The notes under the pieces are model-generated. The model did no database searches. It saw only the letters and a program-made list of their open reading frames with translations, and was not told the origin of the DNA. Shown here piece after piece: positions 13,139 to 25,100 of a stretch of 64,000 nt of DNA. The translations under genes and the position numbers were made by a program. Every line of letters begins with the position of its first letter. Positions within the stretch are counted from its first letter, which is position 1. Source of the DNA: Cyanophora paradoxa CCMP329 (Eukaryota > Plantae > Glaucophyta); NCBI GenBank assembly GCA_004431415.1, contig QPMI01000549.1, forward strand, positions 124,001 to 188,000. Reading direction: 5' to 3'.

Positions 13139-13838
13139 CTAGCAGAGCGGGCGCGCGGGCGCGGGCGCCGGCCCCGTGCCGACGCTGACGAGGGAGAACC
13201 GCTCCGCGTGCCGGAAGCGGGCCGCGAGGATGGCGAGGAGCTCGCGGTTGTGGGGCGCCACGTAGGACCAGCCCACGAGCGGCGCGGCCGGCTCCGCCGC
13301 GGCGGGCTCGTCGTCGCCGGCAGACTCCGGCGCTGCGGCCGCCGGCTCCGGAAGCTCGCTGCAGCCGGCGGCCGCGGCCTCTGCTGAAGCGGGGGCGTCA
13401 GCGGCGGCTGCTGCCGCTGCGGGCTGCTCGCAGCTGGGCTCCGGAGCCGCCGGGGCGGGGAGCTCGGCGATCTCGGAGGCAGCGGGGGGCGCGGCAGCGA
13501 TCGGGAGCTCCGGATCCGGCTGCAGCTGCAGCTGCAGGCAAAGCTGAACCTCCTCCGACGCGGCCCCGCGCGCTGCGACCGCGCGGGGCGACGGCGACGC
13601 CTGCAGGGAGCGCTTCTTCTCGCCCGCCTTCGCCTTCGCCGCCGACGGCTTGCGCGGCGCGGCGCGCGGCGGCCGGCGCCGGCCGGCGCCCTTCGACGCC
13701 GCGGCCGCGGTGCGGTTTGCCGTCGCCTACGGCACGAAGGACGTCAGCGACGAGTAAGACGCGACCGGCGGGACGCGAGCACACCATGTGGTTGTAGGCC
13801 TGCGCGGCGGAGATGGAGGAGGCGCGCTGGCGAGCCAT
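13139..13838 (-). CDS. Hypothetical Ala/Pro/Glu-rich protein, probably 2 exons
   Basis: MARQRASSISAAQAYNHM, then a GT-AG intron, then an open frame ...AAPEPSCEQ...LVGWSYVAPHNRELLAILAARF...LC*. No recognisable domain. Confidence 0.45.
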
Positions 13839-14349
13839 TGTCGATCAAGCTCCTGAACGGCGAGCGCGGTGGGCTCTACGGCTAATGATCGTATTCGAGG
13901 ATGCTAGCCGATCGGTAATGTGTTATGATCGGATCCGCCCGGGGTTGGCTGCTGTTCGTGCTGTCAGGTGAATGTCCAGTGTCAGCTGCAGCTGACTGTC
14001 AGGAGCCCGAAGGCGGCTTCGCGTCGAGTCATAGATGCCTTCGGCGCTCCTTCTGAGTCGCTGCGGCATCGCGGCGGCATCGCTACGGCGGCAGCTCTGG
14101 TCCTTCTTCCTAGTCTTTCGACTGTCTTTGCAGCTTCGGGGTACGCGGATCGTGAAAAAAATTTCGCGCCGTCGCGTCGGTTACTAAGTTACCGCCGCCG
14201 GGCCGCCGGCAGTTAGCGCATTGTCATCTAGGCATAGCGCCGAGCAGTCGCTTACGTGTCGAGCCGGCGAGTGAATCGGCACCGATATCGAGCCAGCGTG
14301 CGGCAGTAGCTATAGTGCCTATTCCAGATTACGGGTGAACAACAACGCA

Positions 14350-15583
14350 ATGCGGCAGATGGAATTCGATTGCCCGTTCGAAGACTGCGAGGAGGGGCTT
14401 TCTGTCAGCGAGCTCCAGGACCATCTCCTTGACGAACACCCAGACGTCTTTCCTCGACACACGGAGTGTGAGAAACAGCTGAAGAGCCTGAAGAGCCTGA
14501 AGAGCGACCTGGTCGCCGACTTCGGCGCCCTCTTCGAGCGCTGCTGCGTGCGCGGCGACGCGGCGTCGTGCCACCTTCCCCCGGACGTTGTCATCACCTG
14601 CCAGGCGGAGGCGCCGGTGACGGGTACGCGCGGCTTTCCAAACGCACCCGTCACTCAATTGCAAGCTCCTCTCGCGCTCACGCGATGCGCTGCGCACGCA
14701 GAGCGCCCCGCTAAGCGCTCGCGGGCATGCGCCGCAAAGGGCAATGCCGCTCCAAGCGCGCCTGCTCCACCTCCTCGGATCCATGCGCACTCTTTCATTC
14801 TGAAGGTGCGCGGGTCCGGGCCGAATGCGTTCTAGATCTCATTCGAGGTTCGAGCTAAGCCTGCGCGCGGCTGCGCCCCAATCGCAAAGGCGCGGAGCGA
14901 GTTCTTCAGGGCGATGCTGGCGCCGCGGGAGGGGCCGCGGCTGCGGGAGGCGGAGACGGGGGAGATCGACATGAGCGCGTACCCCCGGGAGACGGTCCTC
15001 GCCCTCCTGCGCTTCCTCTACACCGGCGACCTCCCCGTGCGCTCCGCCCGCGCCGCTTCGCCCGGACCGCGATCACGATTCGCCTGTCCGGCCGCCCAGG
15101 ATCACGACCAGGACCACGGGCGGCTCGTAGGGCTCCTGCGGCCGGCCCACTACTACCAGTTGCCGCGCCTCATCTCCAAGATCGAGGAGCGCGTGCTGGG
15201 GCTGGAGCTGGACGACCCCGCCACGGCCCTTGAGCTCCTTCATGTCGCCGACGAGGTCGGGGCCTCTAAGGTAGCGCTCAGCTGCTCGGCCCCGAGAAGC
15301 GCCTGCGGCCCTGCCGCCGCACCTCACCGCCCCCCTCCCCGGCGTCTCCCAGCTGCGGGCGGAGGCGCTGGAGTACGTCGAGGCGAACAAGGTGGCGGTG
15401 GCGGCCTCGCCGGCGTACCGGGCCCTGCTCTCCAGGGGCGGCTGCGAGGACCTCCTCGTCGACCTCGCCATGGCCCTCGCCAAGCCTGCAGCTCGCAAGG
15501 GCGACGACGGTGAGGAGGAGAGCGACGACGAAGACAGCGAAGAAGAGCGCCCGGTCGTCGCCCGCCCGTACGCAAGCCGGTGA
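14350..15583 (+). CDS. BTB/POZ domain protein (paralogue 2) with N-terminal C2H2-like zinc finger
   Basis: CPFEDCEEGLSVSELQDHLLDEH (C-x4-C-x11-H-x4-H), then HAHSFILK/RSEFFRAML...LLRFLYTGDL...AHYYQLPRL, and an acidic tail. Confidence 0.85.
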
Positions 15584-15997
15584 TGACTACGAGCGTCCGA
15601 CGACGAGTGATCGAGGATGACCTCGTAGTCGCCGCTCACTGACCTCGATGATAAGGATGAGTGGCGTCGGTGGCAGCGGCGTCGATGACCTCGAGCTCCG
15701 GATCCCCCTACCCCCCCCCCCCCCCCCTAGATCTCGCCACTCCAGGGCCGGAGCCTCTCCCCCTCTTCCGGCCACCCCTTTCCCCCACCGCCTGTTTGCA
15801 CCAGGCACGAGAGAACGCTTTGCAGCTAGCTGGCGAAGGGGCCGGGGCGCCCTGCAGCTAGCTGGCGAAGGCCGGGAATGCGATCATGTCCATAGCATTA
15901 GAGACGCTCGAGAGGGGGCCGAGGCCGGCGGGCGGGGGCGAGGGGGCGGCGGGGAGGGAGCTCGAGGGGAGGGGCGCGGGCGAGGGCCGGGGCGCCC

Positions 15998-18900
15998 TCA
16001 CGAGAACATGGCCTTGGTGTACCTGCGCGCCGGCTCGAGGGGGGGCGCGGCGGGCGGGGGGTACGGGCGCACGCGGCGTAGTCGTAGCAGCCGGGGCGGC
16101 TCGGGTTCTTCGGCATCCGCGCCAGCAGGAACTCTGCTGCCTGCGCCGGCAGCACCCTGCCGGGGGGAGGGGTACAGCGTGAACAACGAGGCGGGGAGGC
16201 CAGGGCACGGGGCCGGGGCGCACGCGAGGTCGTCGGCGGTCACGTGGTCCTTGCCCTTCGCGAGCGCCTTGAACGCCTCCCGCAGCTGGGGGGTACGCGC
16301 TCGGACGGCGCCGGCCCCGGGGGGCGGGCGGGAGCGGGGTACGGGGCACCTGCTCGGGCCCCTCGATGTCGGACATGCGCCGCTCGAGGACCGAGATCAG
16401 ATCCGAGAGGGTCACCCCGTCGTTCGCCTGCGGCGGGGGCTCGGACGGGGGCGGGCGGGCGGGCGGGGGGTACGGCGCGGGCGGGGGGCACCTTCGCGCC
16501 GAAGAGCTCCTCGAGCTGCTCGGCCTGCGGGCGGCGGGGCGCTCAGCGAGCAAAGCGGAGCACTCCCCTCCCCGCGTACCCCCGACTCGATGTCGAGGGC
16601 CTGGAGGCAGGCCTCGAGCTCGCGCCGCTGCAGCACGCCGTCCATGTCTGCCCCCAGCCCGCCGGGGCCCGGGCGCGTCGGGCCGAGGGGCGAGGAAAGA
16701 AGGAAGAGAGGAGGGACGGCGTCGGACCCTTGTCGAAGTGGGAGAAGACCTCGGCGTAGGCGCGCTGCTGCTCCGCGCTGAGCCCCGCCGACCGCACCGA
16801 CGCCATCGTCGCCTCCACCTCCTGCACCTGCACCCCCCGCCCCGCCCTCAGCACCGCGCCGGGCGGTGCGGATTTCCCTACCCCCCGCCCGGCGCGCCTT
16901 GTCGCCGAGGAGCCGCACGGCAGCGTCCTTCTCGAGCGCCAGCAGCTGCACCGACGCCTGCGCGTGCGGGGGTACCCCTCAGAGACAGAGGCGGGGGTAC
17001 AGGTGATGAGCGGCGCGGGCGCGCCTGCGTGAAGGGGTTCTCGGTGACGCCCCGCGCCTGGAGGTTCTCGTCCAGCTCCTGCGGGGGGTATCGGGAGGCG
17101 CGGGAGGGGAACGGGCGGGGGTCCGGGCCGCTCGCCTTCAGGCGGACCCACTCGCGGGTCGCCGCCTCCTCGAACTTCTGCTTGAGAACTGCGCGCGGCG
17201 AGGGGCGCCGCCTCGGACGGGGGCCGGGCGCCCCGGAGGGGTACGCGGGTCGCGGACTCTCGAGGTGGCGGGCGCTCTCCTCGGGCGACGCGCCGGCGGC
17301 GATGATCTGGCGCCGGCGGGGTCGGCGCCGGGGGGCGGGGCCGGGCGGGGTGCGGGGCACCTTGACGGCGTCCTGGGGGGCCTCCTTGCAGGCCGCCAGC
17401 AGCCGCGCCGAGTCGTCCGCGAACGAGCGGCACTGCGCCGCCCCCGGCCGGCGGGTCAGGGAGATGTGGCGCTGTCCGGGGGGTACGCCGCGGACCAGGC
17501 GCTCGTTCTCGACCTGGCGCACGATCTCGAGCTCCACCGCCTTCGCCCGCTGGTCCAGCAGCCGCTGCGCACGCGCTCGCGGGGGGTACGAGGAAAGCGC
17601 TGAGGGGGTACGGGCGCGCCTGGGCCTCGGCGAGCTCGGCCTGCAGCTTGTCGGCGGGGAAGCGGCGCGAGTAGGGGTTGTCCGGCAGGCTCGCCCCCAG
17701 CGTCCGCAGCGCCTCCACCTGAGCGGATCCAGGTTCGGGTCTCGGCGCAGCGGGGGCAGAGCGGGGACGGGGTACGGACGTCGGCGGCCTTGGCCTGGAG
17801 GGTACTCCGCAGGGGCTCCAGAGCCGCGGCCATGGCCTGCGGCGGAGCCGTTCAGGGGGCACGGAGGCCGGGGAGGGGTACGGGGGGTACGGGCCTGGGC
17901 CTCCTCGGAGGAGTACGCGTCCACGGGCTCCTGCGCCGTGTCGATGAGGTCCTCCAGCGCCCCGTGCACCGCCTGCCGTACCCCCCTCAGGCTCCTGGGA
18001 GCCGGGGGCCGGAGAGGGGTACGCGCCTCGGCCTTGGAGGCGTACGCGAGGCGCGTCTCCTCGAGCCGCTGCTGGACGGCCAGCTCCTTCGCGAGGGCCT
18101 CTGGGGGGGCGTGAGCGCGGGGGGGACGGGAAGGGGGGTACGGCCGCGCGCGCCCTTCAGCTTGGCGGACTGGATCTTGAGCGTCTCCCAGGCCTCCATC
18201 ACGGCCTGAGGGGGGTACGGGGTCAGGCTCGGGAGAGGTGGGAGGGGGGGGGGGGGAAGAAGGGGGCTACGCACGTCGGTGCGGCGGTTGACCTCGGGGT
18301 GGTGGGAGGCGAGCGGCGCGGCGGCGACCACCTGCTCCCTCAGCTCCCCGACCTGCGCAGAGGGTCGGGGGAGCCAGCGGGAGGGGGGTACGTCGGCGCG
18401 GACCTTCGCGAGGCGGTCGGCGTTGGCGGCGAGCTCGTCAGCGAACGCGTCCTGCATCTTGATCTTCGTCTGCGGGCGGTACGCCGTCGGACTCGGCGGG
18501 GGCGGGGGAGGGGTACGCGACGCGCCTGGACGGCGTAGAGGGAGGAGCGGGGGACCTGCTCGATCGCGAGCATCGCCGCGTGCTCCGACACGAACTGCTC
18601 CATGCCCTGCGGGGGGTACGGGTTCGTTGGGGGGCCGGGGAGTAGGGAGGGGGTACGGGATCGCATGCGCGCCTTGCACTTGACGCGCCAGAGCTTGAGG
18701 AGGGCGTCGAGGCGGCGGCGGCGGGAGAGCGCCGCGCGCAGGGCGAGCTCGTACTCGTGCTCCGCCTGCGCCCCGGGGGCGGCTCGGGGGGCGCGGGGCC
18801 GCAGCGGCGTACCCCCGCGGACCTTGGACAGGCCGACGTAGAGGCCGTCGATGGCCTGGGGCGAGATCGCCTCTGGCGGCTGCCACGCCCCGCGGCTCTG

Positions 18901-20799
18901 GGCGGGGGGACTCAGGGGGGTACGGCACGGGAGCTGCGGGGGTACGCGAACCTTGGCCAGGATGCTGGTGAAGACCTGGGCGAGCTCCAGCCTGGCGGGC
19001 GCCCGTGAGAGGCGCCCGGGGTGCGGGGGAGGCGGCGGGGGGTGCGGGCGCGCTTCTCCTGGATCTTGGCGGGCTTCTCGATCTTCTTGAAGGCGGCGAG
19101 CTCGCGGGCGGCGCGGTCGAGGTCCTCGAAGTCCCGCCGCTCGAAGCCCGCCTGCTTCTCCCGCGCCCACGCCGCCCACTGCGCCCCCCCCGCGGGGGAT
19201 CAGAGGGCGCCGGGAGGGGGGTACGAGGGGGGCGTGTGGGGGTAGTACCTCGGCGGCGCGCTGGGAGTACGCGTCCTTCATCTCCTCCATGCGCGCCGTC
19301 CGCGTGACGACCCGCGCGATGCGGCGGCCCGCCACCTGCCCCCGGCGGTCAGGCGGGGGTACCGGCACGCGACGGGAGGGTACGCGCACCTCCGCGCTGC
19401 TCTGGCTGGCGAAGCGCTTCCAGAGGAACGCGAGGTACGCCTGTACACCCTGCGGTGGGGGTTAGGGGGTACGGGGAAGCGCCGGGGGTACGGCGCGCCT
19501 TCTCGTCGGGGCGGCCGACGAGCAGGTTCTCGGGCTCGAGGAGGGCGGGGATACCGAGCTTGTCCTGCGCGAGGTACGGCATCGCACTCGGAAGCGCTGG
19601 GCGAAAAGGGCGCCGAGGGGATTCGAACCTGCGCGACGCGGAAGACGAGCTCGAGGTTCTCGCGGGCGTTCTCCTTGCGCAGCGAGTCGAAGTCGATGAG
19701 GTCGGGGTGGTGCTTGTGGATCAGCGCAGCGAACGCAAGCCCGTTCTGCCTGCTCCCCGCGCTCGACGGGGGGTACGCGCGCTCATAGGGGCGGGGGGCG
19801 GGAGGGGCACGGGCGCGCCAGCTGAACCCGAAGTTGTCGATCTTGACGTCGCGGTACCCCTGCGTCTTCTTCTTGCACCAGAGGAGCAGGCCCTCCTTGG
19901 CCGTCGCGTCCTCCTCAGTGATGTCAGTGATCGTAAACCGCAGAATCTGCGGCCCCGCGCCCATCCATCGGCGCCGGCCCCGCAGCGCGTTCGCCGGCTG
20001 GGCGCGCGGCGCGGCGCACCAGGACCCAAACCATGCCCTGCGGGAGGCGCGCTAGTCAGCTCGGGGGCGCGCAAGGCGCGGGAATGCGACGGAAACGGAC
20101 CATAATCATCTTGCTCTCGCCCTCGAAGATCTCCTCAGCGCCGTACTGCAGACCGAGCTTCTGGTTCTTCACGAAGGCTGCGGGGCGGACGCTTAGCTGA
20201 GGCCGCTGGCGCCGGGCCGGCGGGATCGGGTGGCGCACTGTTGATGTACTGCAGAAACACAGCGAGACAAGCCGGGCGGGCGCACCGTGAGCCGCGAGCC
20301 GCCACCCTCGCGGCGGGAATGGCGCACCTTGAGCGCAACGTTCAAGTTCTGCACGCACATGAACTTGTACGCGCCGGGATTCTTCTCGTTCGATGCAGGA
20401 GGACGCTGGTAGCGCCCCGGCAGCGGCTCATGGCTCAGCTCCTCGACCAGCGCCATCAGTCGCATGCCTGCCGGCCGCGGATGGTCAGCCCGGGCTTGCC
20501 GGCCGAGCGAGGCCTCCGAGGCAAGCGCACCGTCCTCAAAGTCGCGGAACAGGTTCGTAATGACGAAGTTTGGGCCCCGCTTCTGCAGGAACAGGTTGCA
20601 CCACTTCGTCATCCACTTTGCCTGGGCATCCGTGTCGGAACGGCCGATGTCCCTGCCCGGCCCGAAGGAAGATTCCCGCCTGCGCAACGTGCGGCCCGGC
20701 GTGAGGCCGGTGCCCGATGATCGACGCGAAGCTGGCGCGGGCTGCTCACGGCAGCATCGAGCCCCGCGGGGAAGGAAGAGAGCTCTGACGTGGCAGCAT
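15998..20799 (-). CDS. Alpha-actinin-like actin cross-linker (tandem CH domains, helical rod, EF-hand C-terminus), many exons
   Basis: [119 protein letters not shown]. Confidence 0.9.
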
Positions 20800-22119
20800 C
20801 TCCGGAACTAGCTACGCGGGCGCCCGTCGCCTCCCGCGCTTGGAGCTGGCTTCCGTTTCGAAGTTGGCGATGCCTGTACCCCCTCGATTTGGACAGCCAG
20901 CGGGAGCGGGAGCGGCCTCGCTCGTCGCCATCGTATTGCCCACGTGTCCAGGAGCGTCGGCAGGCGCCTCTGTGCTCAGCGGGCGTCTTGAAGATCCCTC
21001 AACGTCGGCGCGTGAGTCGACGCGCTCCGTGGACAGCGCACATGGTGGAGAGAACCGCGTAGAGCCGTAGAGAACGTAAAGGCACGCGGCAAGCGGCCGA
21101 ACATTCGGCTCGGCGACCAGGTCCGCTTGACCGCACGGCCATTCTGCGGCTCGCCGCACGGCCGCACGACGTGCACGCCGACTCCCGCGCAGATAGAGTA
21201 GGCGCGGCCGCTCATCGAATCAGAGCGCCTGCTCGCTCCGTAGGTGCGGCCGCGGCGCTCCGGTCATGGCATATGCATGCGCAAGTAGCTATATAGCTCC
21301 GGAGCTAGCTACGCATGTGTGATCATTCTGCGCCGACGTGCACGTGCATGACCTGCAGCTGATCACAGCGTACGGATCAGAAGCCGGCTGATCATGACGG
21401 ATCGCGATCGGGAGCTCGAGCGGCCTGCAGCTGGTACTTGACCATGGCCGTTCCGCGGCTCGCCACTGACGCGCACGACAGCGTACGATCGCGTGCAGAG
21501 AGCTTACAGAGCGCCTGCTCGCTCCGTAGGTGCGCCGGAGCCGGCCGTGGCGCGGCGCTTGTTTCAAATCATGATCAGCTGCACATGTAGATCTAATGCG
21601 CTAGCTACAGCAGCGGACGGATTCGGCCGCGCGCGTGAGCGCCCTCTCGCACCGTATACGTAGGTGCGCCAGCCGCGCTGAGGGTCGTTATCTTCAGGTC
21701 AGAGCTAGCTTTAGAATCGACGAGCGCTTTACGATCACCAAACACAGTCGCTCCGCCCTAGCCCCAAGTATAGAACAAAGTACGATACAAGTAGGATACA
21801 AAGTATCTGGGATGATTGCTGAGCCTCCGCACCTGCCTCTTCCCGGAGGTGATTGCTGATCGTTCGCCTCTTCCCCTTTTTGGCACCTGCGCCCGGCCCC
21901 CGGCCCCTCTCCCCTGCCCCATCCCACACCCCCCCCCCCCCCCCCCAACACACACACACACACCCTCTTCGCCATCCGCATCTGTCTTTCGCCTTTCGCC
22001 TAATCCCTATCGCCCTATCGCCCCTTTCGCCTTCTGATGTATATGATTGATACCTGATGTTGTCTCTCTATCCCTAGGCCTTCACTGCCCGGGTTCGTTT
22101 GATTCGAACGCGTGCAGTG

Positions 22120-25100
22120 ATGGACGATATGGGAGCAAGACTGCGGTTCTCGGTGATCAAGCCGAAGTCGGATGGACTTGGATTCGTTGACGAAAATGAA
22201 GAAATCATCAAGCACTGGGGATCGTCTCCAGCCGGGGTCGGTTCTTCAACGCAAGGTAAACGTTATTGCCTGCGCTGCCAATTCTGATTACCCAAATTGA
22301 TATACAGCTGTAGCTGCAGTTAATCAAGCACAGAGTCCTTCAAATCTCGCAGGTCCGGTGTTTTTGCACATCTCGATTATTTCTTTTTGTCGTTTTTAAT
22401 TGACGTTGAAAACATTACGCCGACATTCGTGCTCGTAATCGCTTTTTTGACGCCGTAATCAACAGCATCGCATTTGAACACGGAAATTCAAAACGCTCGA
22501 TTGTACGAACTTCAAAACCACGAGGTCAATCGTTAGTTTTCCTGCTGTTGGTTTCTGAACTCCAGAGTTTCAGGAGCTCGCGCTCGAGGAGCGAATGGTC
22601 GTCTTTCTCTTACAAACGAGCGCGGACCCACGGCTGTTCCTCATCCTTGGCTATGGCTACCTGGCTTCGCCGGACGAGCTCAGAAGCTTGGAGAGGGAGC
22701 TGAAAAAACGCGTGCGTATTGTCATCTTTTGCATCGAATTTCGCTCAGTCGATATAGTTGCGATCAATATTTGCGTAGTGGAATCTTGAGAGGAACCTCG
22801 AGCCTGTACGCCAGCACGAATTTTTGCCAGTGAAACTTTTCGAAAGGACCCCGCCGGTGCGTTTCTGTAGCCGCGTCCGTTCTTTTAGTTTTGGAGCTGA
22901 CATTTACACGGCTTCAGCACTTGAAAAGGGAGAGCAAATTTAGATCTCACGTGAGGCTTCCAGCAATTTTCATACCGGAAATCAAATCGAAATCGAAATC
23001 ATCCTATCGCAATGAAGACGTTATGGAGGTCTGCTTCTATGTCGCGAAATATATAGACATTCGCGGTTTAATCTATAATTCGCAGTTCTACGACATCCTA
23101 GAAGGCCTTTCTGATCCCATCGCCGACGGAGACGCCAAGCCCAAGCCAGGGTTCCGCATTGCGTACCTCCCTCGGGCGATGCTGCGGGCGGTTGACTTCA
23201 ACCCGAAACAAAAGGCTGAATTTGAGAACGCATTGAAGGTTTGTTTACGTGGATTTTCAACTGCACGGAAAACGCGCATAATGCTTTATGCGCAGATTTC
23301 GACGGCCAAGGGTATGGAGTTTTCCGTCTCCGCGCAGATCCTTCCATCTTTCTGCATGGAGGAGAACTGCTGCGTTGAAGAACTTGTGATTGCTAGCGCT
23401 GCAGCCAGCGCGCCAGAACGACCGAAGCAACATCGCCCTGCATCCCGCCTGTCAATGTCAAGCGTGCCGTGCACATTACGAATGGTCAGCTCTGAATGCC
23501 GTGCTAAATTGCCATGCATATGCTGAACTCATCTGTCACCGATATTCACTAGAAATCTCACTTCACAAAGTTATTCAAGATCCAGGTGACTCCCTTCCAT
23601 GTTCGCTTTCCTTACTGCTCTCTGTATTTAGCTCTTTTTCAGTATCCCACAAAATCTTGAAGACCGAATTTGTGGGTTCCACTCCATTCAATGCTACAGA
23701 CGTCGACTGCAAGCCTTCCATCCACAGCAGCTTAGTCGAAGTCAAGCAGCATGCGAGCTCCACACTGACACTGAAGCCTCTCGCTACTTTCGTGCAGCTT
23801 GGAGGCGTCTACGTCGCGATCGCAGGCACAGACTCTGCTGGCAACGGCGGTCCGGATGTACTGGCACAATGTGATGGCGATGCCGCTAAACTCCTCGACA
23901 CCTCAGGCCACCAAATGGACATCCTGGCTAAAAGCCTCTTCAAGAGCGAGTCTCTAAAGAGCAATGCAGGCGCTGGCGTCATATTGCCTGTCCCAGATGT
24001 TGTTATCGTGGAAGTGCTCCCTGGTGCCTTGATCATGATCGCCTTTCTATCTCAATCTGCAATGTAGTTCATATTTATATTGATCAGTTTTCCTCAGGTT
24101 TCAAGATTAATATCAAGCGATCGAAAGTGAAACTCCCAGAATACTGCTTGCCGTTGTCGAATGCCGTGTCGGACAATAACAAGCAGTTCGTCATGTACAT
24201 CGCTCTGCAAGTCTACGAAACCAAGTCAGAGGAGAAGATTGTCAAGGAAAAGCGTGCCGTTCTCGTCGCATACGATTCCCATAACGGTGCCACGGCGATT
24301 TTTCGCTTTTTCTTAAGTAACCTGTAAACCTCGAATACACGCAGACGTCGTTCGGACTGAGCCTCTCCCCTGTGGTGGAAATTCGGATTGCAATTTCGTC
24401 CCTGCCTGGGGATGCGCTCTTTTTGCAGAAGAGCAGTCCGCGGCTCAGAGCAACAAAGTACGACTCATCGTCGTTGGAGGGCGCCTTTTTGATAAAACGG
24501 TATTTCCAACATGGCAAAATCGCAGACAGGTGTACGCCATCGATGTCTGTACGTTGCTGCTGCGCTTTGTATTCTTGCGCTTTACGTGCTATTTTTGCTT
24601 GACACTTTTGAACAATACAGATCTCAAAGATTTTGCTGTGGAATGTTTCGGGGAAAAGTCACCGTCCTCCCTCCCACAACTTGGATTCTGTCGGGCCTTC
24701 GGGACTATACAGTTGCAGACGGCTGCAGGAATGAGGCCCAAGCCGGTCGTCTGCGCTAGCGTCCCCGGTGCAGGAACAAAGCCCACGCAAAAGTTGATCC
24801 CGATTGCATGCGGTTCGACTTTTGAGTCGCATGCCGTTCGAATTCGCATCTTTAATTTGTTTCTTTTTCCGTGTGCAGAATTCGACGAAGGTGAGGGTGC
24901 GCTTGCAGGTCCCTCTGCATGCGCAGAGGCCCCACCCGCCTCCTCAAGCGTTAATGACAAGCCCACACCGGCGGAGAACGACGACGACAACGATGAGCCC
25001 GCACAGGCGGAGAACGACGACGATGGCGACGAGGCGCCGGCACCTGCTTCGCCCGTCTTTGACGACGCTGGCGATGCAGCGAGCAGCGCAGCGGTCGCTT

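Noticed and set aside
21221-21540. About 27-bp direct repeat upstream of the actinin-like gene
   Set aside because: Only two good copies and no evidence of function.
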